A DNA stretch of 64,000 nt from Oribacterium sp. (GCA_963633065.1 CAVGWH010000012.1:4950-68949); one strand, 5' to 3'; shown: positions 30,187 to 39,565, counted from the stretch's first letter. Made by a program: numbers and translations. The notes: generated by a model not told the origin, from the letters alone.

Positions 30187-30278
30187 TAGGTTGTCAGCAA
30201 GCAACGCCCCACGCATAAGCGGGGGCGAAACAACGTATCGGCGGCAGTCCCGCTGATCAAAGAAAGGTAGGAGGCACC

Positions 30279-31520
30279 ATGACTAAAGGCCTACATGTCC
30301 CGTCTGAAATCGGGACCCTCAAAAAGGTCTGCCTGCACCGACCTGGCGACGAGCTTCTTAACTTGCCGCCCGATGAGCTTGATCGTCTGCTCTTCGACGA
30401 CATCCCCGATCTTCCCGTGGCGCAGCAGGAGCACGACACCTTCGCGCAGATCCTTCGTGATCAGGGCGTCGAGGTTCTGTACCTCGAGGAGCTCGTGGCC
30501 GAGGTCTTCAACACGGTCCCCGGTACGCGCGCTGAGTTCACCGAGCAGTATCTCGCCGAGGCAGGTATCCGCGGTCAGCTGATGCCGCAGGTCGTTCGCG
30601 AGAAGCTTGATTCGATCACCGACAATCTTGAGTTCGTCAAGAAGACCATGGCCGGTATGACCAAGGCCGAGATCGATATGCCGCTCTCTGCCAACGTCAC
30701 GCTCGACAGCCTCGTCAACGCCGAGAGCGAGCCCGACCTGATCATCGACCCCATGCCCAACCTCTACTTCACGCGCGATCCGTTCGCGGTCGTGGGCTCG
30801 GGTGTCAACCTCAACCGTATGTACTCCGTCACGCGTAACCGCGAGACCCTCTACGGTAAGTACATCTTCAAGTACCACCCCGATTACAAGGACGTGTCGC
30901 TGTACTTCCGTCGCGACTGCCAGTTCCATACCGAGGGCGGCGACGTGCTCAACATCAACGAGAAGACCCTCGCGGTCGGTATCTCGCAGCGCACCCAGTC
31001 AGCGGCCATCGATGTCATGGCGCAGAACATCTTCTGGAATTCCGATTCCAAGATCGAGCGCATCCTCGCTTTCGACATTCCCGTGTCCCGCGCCTTCATG
31101 CACCTCGACACCGTCTTCACCCAGATCGATGTCGATAAGTTCACCATCCACCCGGGCATCATGGGTACTCTGCATGTGTACGAGCTGACCCCGGGCAAGA
31201 ACCCCGGCGATGTGAACATCCGCGAGATCAGCGATACGCTTGAGCATGTTCTCGAGGATGCCACGGGCGTCGATCAGGTGAAGCTCATCAAGTGCGGCGG
31301 CGGCGATCCCATCGCGGCGGCGCGCGAGCAGTGGAACGACGGTTCCAACACCCTGGCTGTGGCTCCTGGCAAGATCTGCGTCTACGCTCGCAACCACGTT
31401 ACCAATGACGTGCTCTACAAAGAGGGCATGGATCTTTTGGTCGTGCCTTCGGCCGAGCTTTCCCGCGGCCGTGGCGGCCCGCGCTGCATGAGCATGCCCT
31501 TCTGGCGCGAAGATCTGTAA
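30279..31520 (+). CDS. arcA: Arginine deiminase
   Basis: SEIGTL..V.LHRPG, LFDDIP, PMPNLYFTRD, EGGD, MHLDTV, EQWNDG.N, ELSRGRGGPRCMS. Confidence 0.97.
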   Translation: MTKGLHVPSEIGTLKKVCLHRPGDELLNLPPDELDRLLFDDIPDLPVAQQEHDTFAQILRDQGVEVLYLEELVAEVFNTVPGTRAEFTEQYLAEAGIRGQLMPQVVREKLDSITDNLEFVKKTMAGMTKAEIDMPLSANVTLDSLVNAESEPDLIIDPMPNLYFTRDPFAVVGSGVNLNRMYSVTRNRETLYGKYIFKYHPDYKDVSLYFRRDCQFHTEGGDVLNINEKTLAVGISQRTQSAAIDVMAQNIFWNSDSKIERILAFDIPVSRAFMHLDTVFTQIDVDKFTIHPGIMGTLHVYELTPGKNPGDVNIREISDTLEHVLEDATGVDQVKLIKCGGGDPIAAAREQWNDGSNTLAVAPGKICVYARNHVTNDVLYKEGMDLLVVPSAELSRGRGGPRCMSMPFWREDL

Positions 31521-31648
31521 ATCATGCTATATGACGGTGCGGCAACGGCGCCGCACCGTCATACTTGACCATTAGGACTTTTCGGTCCGCGCGGGCGAGG
31601 CAATATCCCGCGTTGCACGGTTTTATTACAAAGAAAGGAACCACATCC

Positions 31649-32644
31649 ATGGGCGTCAATCTCTCCGGCCGTAGCTTCCTCAAGTTGCTCGATTTCTCCA
31701 CCGAGGAGATCGAGTACCTGCTCGCTCTCTCCAAGAACTTCAAGGACATGAAGCGTGCCGGCGTTCCGCACCGCTACCTCGAGGGCAAGAACATCGTTCT
31801 GCTCTTCCAGAAGACCTCCACGCGTACCCGCTGCTCCTTCGAAGTCGGCGGCATGGATCTCGGTATGGGCGTCACCTACCTCGACCCCGGTTCGTCGCAG
31901 ATGGGCAAGAAGGAGTCCATCGAGGACACCGCCCGCGTGCTCGGCCGCATGTATGACGGCATCGAGTTCCGTGGCTTCGCCCAGGACGACGTCGAGGAGC
32001 TCGCTGCCAACGCCGGCGTGCCCGTCTGGAACGGCCTTACCACTGAGTGGCACCCCACTCAGATGCTCGCCGACATCCTTACTGTCCAGGAGAACTTCAA
32101 TTACGACATCAAGGGTCGTACCCTTGTCTTCATGGGCGACTGCAAGAACAACGTCGCGCGTTCCCTCATGGTCGTCTGCGCCAAGCTCGGTATGAACTTC
32201 GTGGCCTGCGGTCCCGAGTCCTGCATGCCTGCCGACGATGTGATCGAGGCTTGCAAACCCATCGCGGAGGCCAACGGCTGCACCATCAAGCTCACCTCCG
32301 ATGTCGCCGACGGCGTCACCGGTGCCGACGTGATCTACACCGATGTGTGGGTCTCCATGGGCGAGCCCGATGAGGTTTGGGCCAGCCGCATCGCCGAGCT
32401 CACGCCGTATCGCGTGACCGCCGACGTCATGGCCATGGCTAATCCCGAGGCCATCTTCCTGCACTGCCTGCCGAGCTTCCACGATACCAACACCGAGATC
32501 GGTGCGCAGAAGGCCGAGCAGTTCGGCATCACCGAGCAGGAGGTTACGGACGAGGTCTTCGAGTCCAAGCAGTCCAAGGTGTTCGACGAGGCCGAGAACC
32601 GCATGCACACCATCAAGGCCATCATGTACGCCACGCTTAAATAG
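31649..32644 (+). CDS. arcB: Ornithine carbamoyltransferase (catabolic by context)
   Basis: KTSTRTR, HPTQ, DVWVSMG, HCLP, AENR.H; ATG 31649 after GAAAGGA. Confidence 0.93.
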   Translation: MGVNLSGRSFLKLLDFSTEEIEYLLALSKNFKDMKRAGVPHRYLEGKNIVLLFQKTSTRTRCSFEVGGMDLGMGVTYLDPGSSQMGKKESIEDTARVLGRMYDGIEFRGFAQDDVEELAANAGVPVWNGLTTEWHPTQMLADILTVQENFNYDIKGRTLVFMGDCKNNVARSLMVVCAKLGMNFVACGPESCMPADDVIEACKPIAEANGCTIKLTSDVADGVTGADVIYTDVWVSMGEPDEVWASRIAELTPYRVTADVMAMANPEAIFLHCLPSFHDTNTEIGAQKAEQFGITEQEVTDEVFESKQSKVFDEAENRMHTIKAIMYATLK

Positions 32645-32826
32645 GCGTTTGACTTCGGCCCAAAAGGCCTCTTAGTCGTCTTTATCCCATGCCGATGTTG
32701 TTTCACTCCTTTGAAGCGTCGGCATGGGAACCTATCGAAGTTTTTTGCGGATGCGCCCTTCTTTACAGACACGGCACGGGGGTGGGGTATCCGCATTTCA
32801 TCCTAGTTTGAAAGGGGATGAAAGCC

Positions 32827-34254
32827 ATGGCTGACTCCGCTAAGAAAAAGCGTGGAATGCTATCTTCGTTCACCATTCTTCTTTTGTTGCTTGCCATTGT
32901 GGCGCTGATTACCGTCGGGGTGCACGCTACCGCTCCTAAAGAGGTCACCGCTGCAACGCTGAGCGACTTCTTTATGGCTCCGGTCCACGGCTTCACCGAC
33001 GCCCTGCCGGTCTGTCTGTTCGTGATGATCCTGGGCGGGTTCCTCGGTATCGTTACCGAGACGGGCGCGCTCGACACGGGAATCGCCGTACTCGTTAAGA
33101 AGCTGCACGGCAACGAACTCATGATCATCCCGGTGCTCATGATCCTCTTCTCGTTGGGTGGAACCACGTACGGCATGTGCGAGGAGACCGTACCGTTCTA
33201 CGCGCTACTTACCGCCACCATGATGGCGGCCGGATTCGACCCTCTGGTTGGCGCGGCTACCGTACTGCTTGGCGCCGGTTGCGGTTGCTTGGGTTCCACG
33301 GTCAATCCCTTTGCCGTCGGTGCGGCTGTAGACTCCCTGCGTGGCGTCGGCATCGATTGCAACCAGTCCATCATCATCGGCCTCGGTGCGGTATTGTGGA
33401 TCGTCTCCACGGCTATCTCGATTTTCTTCGTGATGGCATACGCCAAGAAGGTCAAGGCTGATAAGGGTTCTACCATCCTCACCATGCAGGAGCTCAAGAA
33501 CGCTGAGGAGGCGCATGGTGCTGCCGCCGAGGCTGCTACCAAGGACGTTGAGCTTACCGGACGCCAGAAGGCCGTTCTCGGTATCTTCGCCTTCACCTTC
33601 GTGGTCATGGTGGCGAGCTTCATTCCCTGGGAGGATTTCGGCGTCACCATCTGGCTCGGCTGGTCCGAGTTCGTGACGGGTCTTCCCATCGGTCAGTGGT
33701 ACTTCGACGAGGCTTCCACCTGGTTCTTCATCATGGCCGTTGTCATCGGCATCGTCGGTGGCCTGGGCGAGAAGAAGATCGTCAATACGTTTATCGCCGG
33801 CGCCGCCGACATGATGAGCGTCGTCCTCATCATCGCTCTTGCGCGCGGCATCTCCGTCCTTATGGCTGCAACGGGACTCGACCAGTTCGTGCTCAAGCAT
33901 GCGGCCGACGCGCTCTCCGGTCTCTCCGGTGTCGTCTTCGCGCCTATGAGCTACCTGCTCTACCTGGTGCTTTCGTTCCTCATCCCGTCGAGCTCGGGTA
34001 TGGCCACCGTCTCCATGCCCATCATGGGGCCGCTTGCACAGGGCCTGGGCTTCCCGCCCGAGGTCATGGTGCAGGTCTTCGGTGGCGCCAACGGCCTGGT
34101 CAATCTTTTCACTCCGACCTCCGGCGCTATCATGGGCGGCCTTGCGCTTGCTCGTGTCGAGTGGACCACGTGGCTTAAGTTTGCGATGAAGGTCATCGTC
34201 GTGATCGGCATCGTCTCGGTGGTCATTCTCACGGGCGCAATGCTCATGCTGTAG
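32827..34254 (+). CDS. YfcC/DcuC-family basic amino acid antiporter (probable arginine/ornithine antiporter)
   Basis: FSLGGTTYGM.EET, GSTVNPF, IPSSSG.A, PTSG; multi-TM; follows arcAB; alternative ATG 32818. Confidence 0.88.
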   Translation: MADSAKKKRGMLSSFTILLLLLAIVALITVGVHATAPKEVTAATLSDFFMAPVHGFTDALPVCLFVMILGGFLGIVTETGALDTGIAVLVKKLHGNELMIIPVLMILFSLGGTTYGMCEETVPFYALLTATMMAAGFDPLVGAATVLLGAGCGCLGSTVNPFAVGAAVDSLRGVGIDCNQSIIIGLGAVLWIVSTAISIFFVMAYAKKVKADKGSTILTMQELKNAEEAHGAAAEAATKDVELTGRQKAVLGIFAFTFVVMVASFIPWEDFGVTIWLGWSEFVTGLPIGQWYFDEASTWFFIMAVVIGIVGGLGEKKIVNTFIAGAADMMSVVLIIALARGISVLMAATGLDQFVLKHAADALSGLSGVVFAPMSYLLYLVLSFLIPSSSGMATVSMPIMGPLAQGLGFPPEVMVQVFGGANGLVNLFTPTSGAIMGGLALARVEWTTWLKFAMKVIVVIGIVSVVILTGAMLML

Positions 34255-34358
34255 TGCTCTGCTGTTCGGCGCTTGCCGAGGCCTTGCGCTTCGGCAAGCC
34301 GTAAGGTCGCTGTCTCGCTGACGGCTTGCCTCCCGTCGGCAGACCTACCTTTCTTTAA

Positions 34359-34395
34359 GCCCCCTTCCGCCCCGTGCACGGAAGGGGGCGTCTTT
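34359..34395 (+). terminator. Probable terminator of the arc operon
   Basis: GCCCCCTTCCG...CGGAAGGGGGC followed by GTCTTT. Confidence 0.55.
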
Positions 34396-34529
34396 GTGCC
34401 GGGGGCGGCTTGCTCTATGGGATCGGTGCTCTATGGAATGGCGTGCCCGAATCATGGCTTGGCTATACCGGGCTTCGGTAAGGCCGGTATAGCCAAATGG
34501 TGTTTTGGCAAGCTGTCAGGCCGGCGTTC

Positions 34530-35570
34530 TTAGTTTGACCAGAAGAGCTGGCGGAGCTCGTTGCGCGTCGAGGTTCCGGTCTTTTTCATGAGGTTGTGAA
34601 GATGGGTCTTGATGGTGCCCTCGGTTACGAAGAGGCGCTCTGCAATAGCTCGGTTGTTGTTGCCTTCGAGTAATAGCAACAGCACCTCCTTTTCACGCTC
34701 GGTTAGGTTGAACCGTTGCGAGAAGGCGGGGAGCAGCAGCGCGATCTGGGGGCTGAGCGCTGCGGGGTTTTGGTTGGACGCGCTCTCCGCGTGTCCGACG
34801 GGACGTTCGAAATGCGCTGAGATAAGTTGCCATGACGAACGCGAGAAATGCCATCCAAGGAGCAGGAACGTGGCGTTCTCGGCTATGTTGCGATAGATGA
34901 GCGTCATGATCAGGTCTGATGTCTGATCGGTCGGAACGGGAAGTATGAGGATGCTCCAGGTGTCTTCGAGTGCGGTGGCAACTACGAGTGCTACGAGGGC
35001 GAGATAGATGCGCTTGTCGCGTTTGAGCAGCGCGCGCCGTTCAGCCGAACCCTTGAGGCAGTGCAGGCCGACGCGCAGCAAACATGCACCGAAGCAAAGC
35101 TGACGCATGGTATAGAACGCCCACTGATGAAGGGGCGGATCGGGTATCAAGAGAGCGGCGAGGCTTCCGGCGAGGGTCATGACGGATGCGATATACGATG
35201 CGTGATGTGAATCGGTTCCGATGATGGTGTCGCTTACCAGCCACTCGCCAAGTCCCATGATCGCGCCGAGCGTCGCATGGATCACGGGAAACCGAATCCC
35301 GTAGTAATCGGCACCGATCTCGGTCGCGATGTTCTGTATCGACCATTCCTCGCCGAAGAGCAAGACAAGCTCGAGCAGATAGAAACCTATGAGGGCCGCT
35401 TGAAGTAGAAAACGCTTGCTGCGTGATACGGCATAGCCGGCGCAGAGCACGGCACAAGCGCTGAAAAGTGCCGCCAGTAGCAGGATGGTGTAGAGATATA
35501 GAAGCAGCGTTCTCGCCCCCTGGAACCGCCTGAATAAGTGAGGCCCGGGATGCCCCGGGCCTCGATGCAA
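34530..35570 (-). CDS. Membrane-anchored LuxR-family one-component regulator (~7 TM + C-terminal HTH); start uncertain
   Basis: C-terminal LTEREKEVL.LLLEG..NRAIAERLFVTEGTIKTHLHNL..K; about seven hydrophobic segments N-terminally. Confidence 0.88.
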   Translation of the reverse strand: MHRGPGHPGPHLFRRFQGARTLLLYLYTILLLAALFSACAVLCAGYAVSRSKRFLLQAALIGFYLLELVLLFGEEWSIQNIATEIGADYYGIRFPVIHATLGAIMGLGEWLVSDTIIGTDSHHASYIASVMTLAGSLAALLIPDPPLHQWAFYTMRQLCFGACLLRVGLHCLKGSAERRALLKRDKRIYLALVALVVATALEDTWSILILPVPTDQTSDLIMTLIYRNIAENATFLLLGWHFSRSSWQLISAHFERPVGHAESASNQNPAALSPQIALLLPAFSQRFNLTEREKEVLLLLLEGNNNRAIAERLFVTEGTIKTHLHNLMKKTGTSTRNELRQLFWSN

Positions 35571-35670
35571 GCCTTATTGTAGGCGCGTGCGCCCTTGAGA
35601 AACGCACTGTTTCGGCGAGTGTAACGTAACGGATACGTTTCGTTGCCGTGGGCGTAGTTTTGGCGTTGCC

Positions 35671-37665
35671 TTAGTCTTCGAGATTCTCGACCGTAGTCAT
35701 GTCCGGGCCGTAATCCTTGATGATGCGACCGGGCTCGGTTTGTGCGAGCTGGGCTGTGCAAATGCCCTTCTGCAGCTCACTGAGAGCCTTGCTGTAGGCT
35801 ACGAGCTTCTTGTCGAAGTCGCTTTCGTTGGCGCCTTGTGCCTGGTAGTTGATACCGCGATAGAGCGCCTTGCGCGCGTCGTCCAGATAGCCTTCGATGA
35901 CCTGGCCGTCGGCGGTATCGACATCGACACCGCGCTGGTCCATGTCGCGTGCGGCAAGCCAAAGCTGCTCTTTCAGGTCGGACACGGCGGAGTCGACGAC
36001 GGTAGCCTGGATGTCGTCGCCTTTCTTGATCTTTTCGGGGAAGCGGACGATGGCGTAGGTTCCCGTGGCGTCGACGGTGTTCGAGAGGGTGCGTGCGCTC
36101 GAGCCGTTCATGTAGTAGAGCGTGCGCGTGTTGGAGTCGAATAGATCGCGTGAACCGTTTTTATCGGTGTCCGCGACCGGCGTGGGCGCCCAATAGCCCA
36201 TAGTCGACACCTTGGGGGTGGCAGACCAGGAAGGGCTGTGCCAGCCGGCGGCCCAGGCTTCGACTTTGCGCGACTCTTCCTTGGGCATGGGGTCGCCCCA
36301 CTTCTTGGGCTTGTAGTTGTCGCCATAGTACTCGGCGCGCGTGAGGCCGCCTTCCTCGTCGAGTTTGTCGTAGATGCTCGAGGGGACCCAACGACCGAGT
36401 TTCCAATCGGGGAAGTAGTCGTAGTTCCAGCCTTCGGGGATGTAGTAGCGCGTCTCGCCCTCTGCTTGCGCGAGGGTATCGAGCGTGATGCCGCCGTTTG
36501 CCGCCGCGTCTGAGAGCACCTTGTCGACGGTCCAGTAACGGGGTTCGACATCATCCCAGTAAACTTCGATGTCGCGCTGAACGTTGGAGAGTACGTGACC
36601 GAGCATGGGCTCGGAGAGATAGAGGTTGTTCGTGACCAGATAGGTGCTGGTCTCCTGCGGCATCACGTCGCCATCGGTGGGGGAGAGCACCTTGACGTCG
36701 CCGTTCTTGCGGATAGCGCGCGCCCAGTTGCTTACCTGGTAGTCGAGAGCGTTGCCCTCGGCATCGCACATCATCATGTTGAAGTCGCTTACGAGCGGCA
36801 CCCACTTCTTCTTGCTTCCCTCGGGGTCGCCCATGAACTCGACGGCCTCCTCGACATTGTCGCAGTAAGCCGCGATCCACATGTGCGGGAAGGTGCCGTA
36901 CGAGGGACCGGTATCGGAGCTGCCGCCAGGGGACTGGATGGCAAAGCCTTTGTGGTTGGCAACGGAGCCGAAGACGCCGTTCATGCAGGCATACAGGTTG
37001 CCGTGCGTGGGCTTATAGATGATGACGGGCATGTAATGCAGGTCCTGAACGTCGATATCGGCGTCCATGACGGAGATGCAGCCCTTGGCGCCGTCTGCAG
37101 TGGCCTCGCCCCAGGCGATGGCGGCGGAGCAGTCGCGCTCGTCCTCGGTTTCGTCATCGGGCACCTCGCCTTCGGGAGATGCGGGGAAGAGCAGGCAGCC
37201 CACCTGCCAAAAATCGAGGCCGAGCTCATCTGCGATGCCTTCGGCGAAATCGGTGAGCTTACCGTCCTTCTCGTGGTCGAAATACTTATCGTAGATCTCG
37301 CGATAGGGCTCGTAGCGGTCCTTGAGCGTGGCGTAGTCGCCCAGCGTCGACATGGCCGAGCCTACCGAGAGGTTGATGGCGCATTTGAGCTCCTCGGGGA
37401 ATTCCTTGGCGAGCTGTGCGCCCATCTCCTTCCAGGTGCCTTCGAGGAGGGCGAACTGTGGCGTAGTCGAGGGTACGAGATCGAGGTCGACGCCGTCGAT
37501 CACGGCTTCGCTCGTGCTGCCGTCATCGGAGGAGTCTTTCGAGCTCGTGGAGGTGGAGCAGCCGACAAGTCCAACGCCGGCTGCGGCGGCGCTGACCCCG
37601 ATGAAGCTCCGGCGTGTGACGCCTGATTCGAGGATGCTTTCGATGATGTCCTTTTTGGTCTCCAT
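35671..37665 (-). CDS. Tat-exported lipoprotein, C45/Ntn-hydrolase-like autoproteolytic acyltransferase/amidase
   Basis: TRRSFIG twin-arginine motif, LVGC lipobox, ERD|CSAAIAWG putative nucleophile (Cys179), MDAD, NHKG, VTNN motifs. Confidence 0.7.
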   Translation of the reverse strand: METKKDIIESILESGVTRRSFIGVSAAAAGVGLVGCSTSTSSKDSSDDGSTSEAVIDGVDLDLVPSTTPQFALLEGTWKEMGAQLAKEFPEELKCAINLSVGSAMSTLGDYATLKDRYEPYREIYDKYFDHEKDGKLTDFAEGIADELGLDFWQVGCLLFPASPEGEVPDDETEDERDCSAAIAWGEATADGAKGCISVMDADIDVQDLHYMPVIIYKPTHGNLYACMNGVFGSVANHKGFAIQSPGGSSDTGPSYGTFPHMWIAAYCDNVEEAVEFMGDPEGSKKKWVPLVSDFNMMMCDAEGNALDYQVSNWARAIRKNGDVKVLSPTDGDVMPQETSTYLVTNNLYLSEPMLGHVLSNVQRDIEVYWDDVEPRYWTVDKVLSDAAANGGITLDTLAQAEGETRYYIPEGWNYDYFPDWKLGRWVPSSIYDKLDEEGGLTRAEYYGDNYKPKKWGDPMPKEESRKVEAWAAGWHSPSWSATPKVSTMGYWAPTPVADTDKNGSRDLFDSNTRTLYYMNGSSARTLSNTVDATGTYAIVRFPEKIKKGDDIQATVVDSAVSDLKEQLWLAARDMDQRGVDVDTADGQVIEGYLDDARKALYRGINYQAQGANESDFDKKLVAYSKALSELQKGICTAQLAQTEPGRIIKDYGPDMTTVENLED

Positions 37666-37732
37666 GGGAGTCCTTTCTCAAAAGACCGCGGGCGCGGCGG
37701 GCGTCTGCGGTGATGGCATGGCTGAGAATCGC

Positions 37733-39373
37733 TTACAGGTCGAGCACGGCCTGCGGGTCGCCGATCGCCTTCTGGGCGTAATCCTGTGCACGCAGGAACG
37801 CGCTGGCGGCGCGGCCGATGAGCTTCTGAGCGCGCGTGCCCGTCTGCAGACCCGCCTTCACCAAGTAGGCATCGCCGCGCACCAATTCCTCCTTGGCGCT
37901 GTTGAGCGCCTCTTTGGCCTCGGTGGTGTCGCCCGTGGCGTGGTCGATGGCCGAGCCTGCGCTATAGATGAGGGAGTTTGCCGTCTCACGCGCGGCCTGG
38001 GCCGACTCCTCGGCGCTTGCTGCGAGCTTGATCTGCACGTAGGTGCCGTTTGCGTTAGGCAGCTGCGAGATCTGGGTGTTAGAGCATCCGTTCATGACGT
38101 AGTAGGTGCCGTCTTCGGGAACCGCGATGGCCTTCATGATGTTCTGATAGTAGGGCGACACCGCTTCGGGCGAGTTGAGGCCCGTCTCGGCGTTCCAGTT
38201 GTCCTCGACCCAGGTGGTTCCGTCGGTGGTATAGGCGGTGGAGCCCAAGGCGTCGGCAATGGTACGTGCGGTGGCATGTCCCGTATCGCGCTTGAGGATC
38301 GCCTCTTCGGTGTAGTAGCGCGGGCGGCAGTCGTCGTAGCCCGAGCCTGCGGGCAGCACCGAGGACTGCATCTCGTCGGTCATGAAGTCGTTGGTGGCGA
38401 TGAGGTAGTCGGTTTCACCGAAATCGCCCGACGAACGCGTGGCATTGTGGGCCGCAGTTGCCTCCACCACAACGTGGCCGCCCTCGGTGTCGTTGAGGTT
38501 GGCGTTGTCGCCGTAGACGGTGGTGTAGTGCTTGAGGTAGTTCTTCTGTGCCTCCTCGGCCGTTGAGGAATTGGCGGCGTTGAGCCACTGAGCGCACATC
38601 ACGGGGATGCCCATGCCCGTATCGCCTTCTTCGGCGTTCTGGCCCGATGAGCCGGCGACGACGAGACCCTTGTCGTTCAAGACGAGGTTGCCCTGGAAGC
38701 TGCTCTCGGAGATAAAGGCATTGCCATCTTCGGGATAGGCCACCACGGTGGGCATGTAATAGGAGGTGGATCCATTGGAGTCCCAGTCAGCGCCGACGAT
38801 GAGCTTGCCTCCCTCGGTCTGAGATCCCCATGCGGCTATATTGCTGCAGGTATCTGCCGCGCGTTCGGAATCCTCTTCCTCTTCGGGGGTGTCGTAGAAC
38901 GAGATGATACCGAGCATGAAATCCTCGTAGCTAAGGTCGATACCCTCGGCCATGCCCTGATAGAGCTCGACGAGTTCGGGTGCGTTCTTCTCGTAGTAGG
39001 TGAGGTATTTTTCCTCGAGGTCGCGCGCCCCGTCGAAACCATAGGTGGCGACGGTTCCCGAGAGCCCGTCTGCGACGTAGCGCTTGAGCTCTTCGGTTGC
39101 CTGATCGGCGAACTGCTTGCCCATCTCTTTCCATGATCCCGAGAGATAGACGACCTTCTTGGTCGCCTGGGGCATCTCGTTGACATCGAAGGTGAGCTTC
39201 TTGGCGAGCTGCTGCGCCGATTCGACGTTCGCCGTGGCGCTTGCGCTGGAAGACGAGGCGCCGGATGTCGTGCTGCAGGCGGAGAGTCCGCCGAGGGCGA
39301 GCGCGCCGACGAGGCCGAAGACGGCACCGGTGCGGGCGATGCGCTTCACGCTCGTTTTGCGATTCTTCTTCAT
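37733..39373 (-). CDS. Sec-type lipoprotein, C45/Ntn-hydrolase-like autoproteolytic acyltransferase/amidase
   Basis: Basic N-region, LSAC lipobox, GS..EMG.Q, EL.QGMAEG, DT|CSNIAAWG (Cys176), VGADWD, LNDKGL, ATNDF; ATG 39373. Confidence 0.78.
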   Translation of the reverse strand: MKKNRKTSVKRIARTGAVFGLVGALALGGLSACSTTSGASSSSASATANVESAQQLAKKLTFDVNEMPQATKKVVYLSGSWKEMGKQFADQATEELKRYVADGLSGTVATYGFDGARDLEEKYLTYYEKNAPELVELYQGMAEGIDLSYEDFMLGIISFYDTPEEEEDSERAADTCSNIAAWGSQTEGGKLIVGADWDSNGSTSYYMPTVVAYPEDGNAFISESSFQGNLVLNDKGLVVAGSSGQNAEEGDTGMGIPVMCAQWLNAANSSTAEEAQKNYLKHYTTVYGDNANLNDTEGGHVVVEATAAHNATRSSGDFGETDYLIATNDFMTDEMQSSVLPAGSGYDDCRPRYYTEEAILKRDTGHATARTIADALGSTAYTTDGTTWVEDNWNAETGLNSPEAVSPYYQNIMKAIAVPEDGTYYVMNGCSNTQISQLPNANGTYVQIKLAASAEESAQAARETANSLIYSAGSAIDHATGDTTEAKEALNSAKEELVRGDAYLVKAGLQTGTRAQKLIGRAASAFLRAQDYAQKAIGDPQAVLDL

Positions 39374-39523
39374 GTGCTTCCTTCCCTTAAGGGGGCATGA
39401 CGCCCCGAACTGAACAGCCAAGCCGGTCGATACAGCTCGTCTTATGTGTCGGCCGGCTTAAGGAAAACGTAAGGCGCGCTTGTCTAATCCCTGCAGTAGG
39501 GGCGAGTTGATATTCCAATGGGC

Positions 39524-39565
39524 GATTTCAACCGATATCAACCGATGGGGATTAGGTGGGATTAG
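39524..39565. promoter_or_regulatory. Candidate operator array with 10-bp periodicity upstream of the C45 lipoprotein operon
   Basis: GATTTCAACC GATATCAACC GATGGGGATT AGGTGGGATT AG. Confidence 0.45.

Noticed and set aside
31649..32644. Putrescine carbamoyltransferase, suggested by FQKTSTRT
   Set aside because: DVWVSMG loop and the adjacent arginine deiminase indicate ornithine specificity
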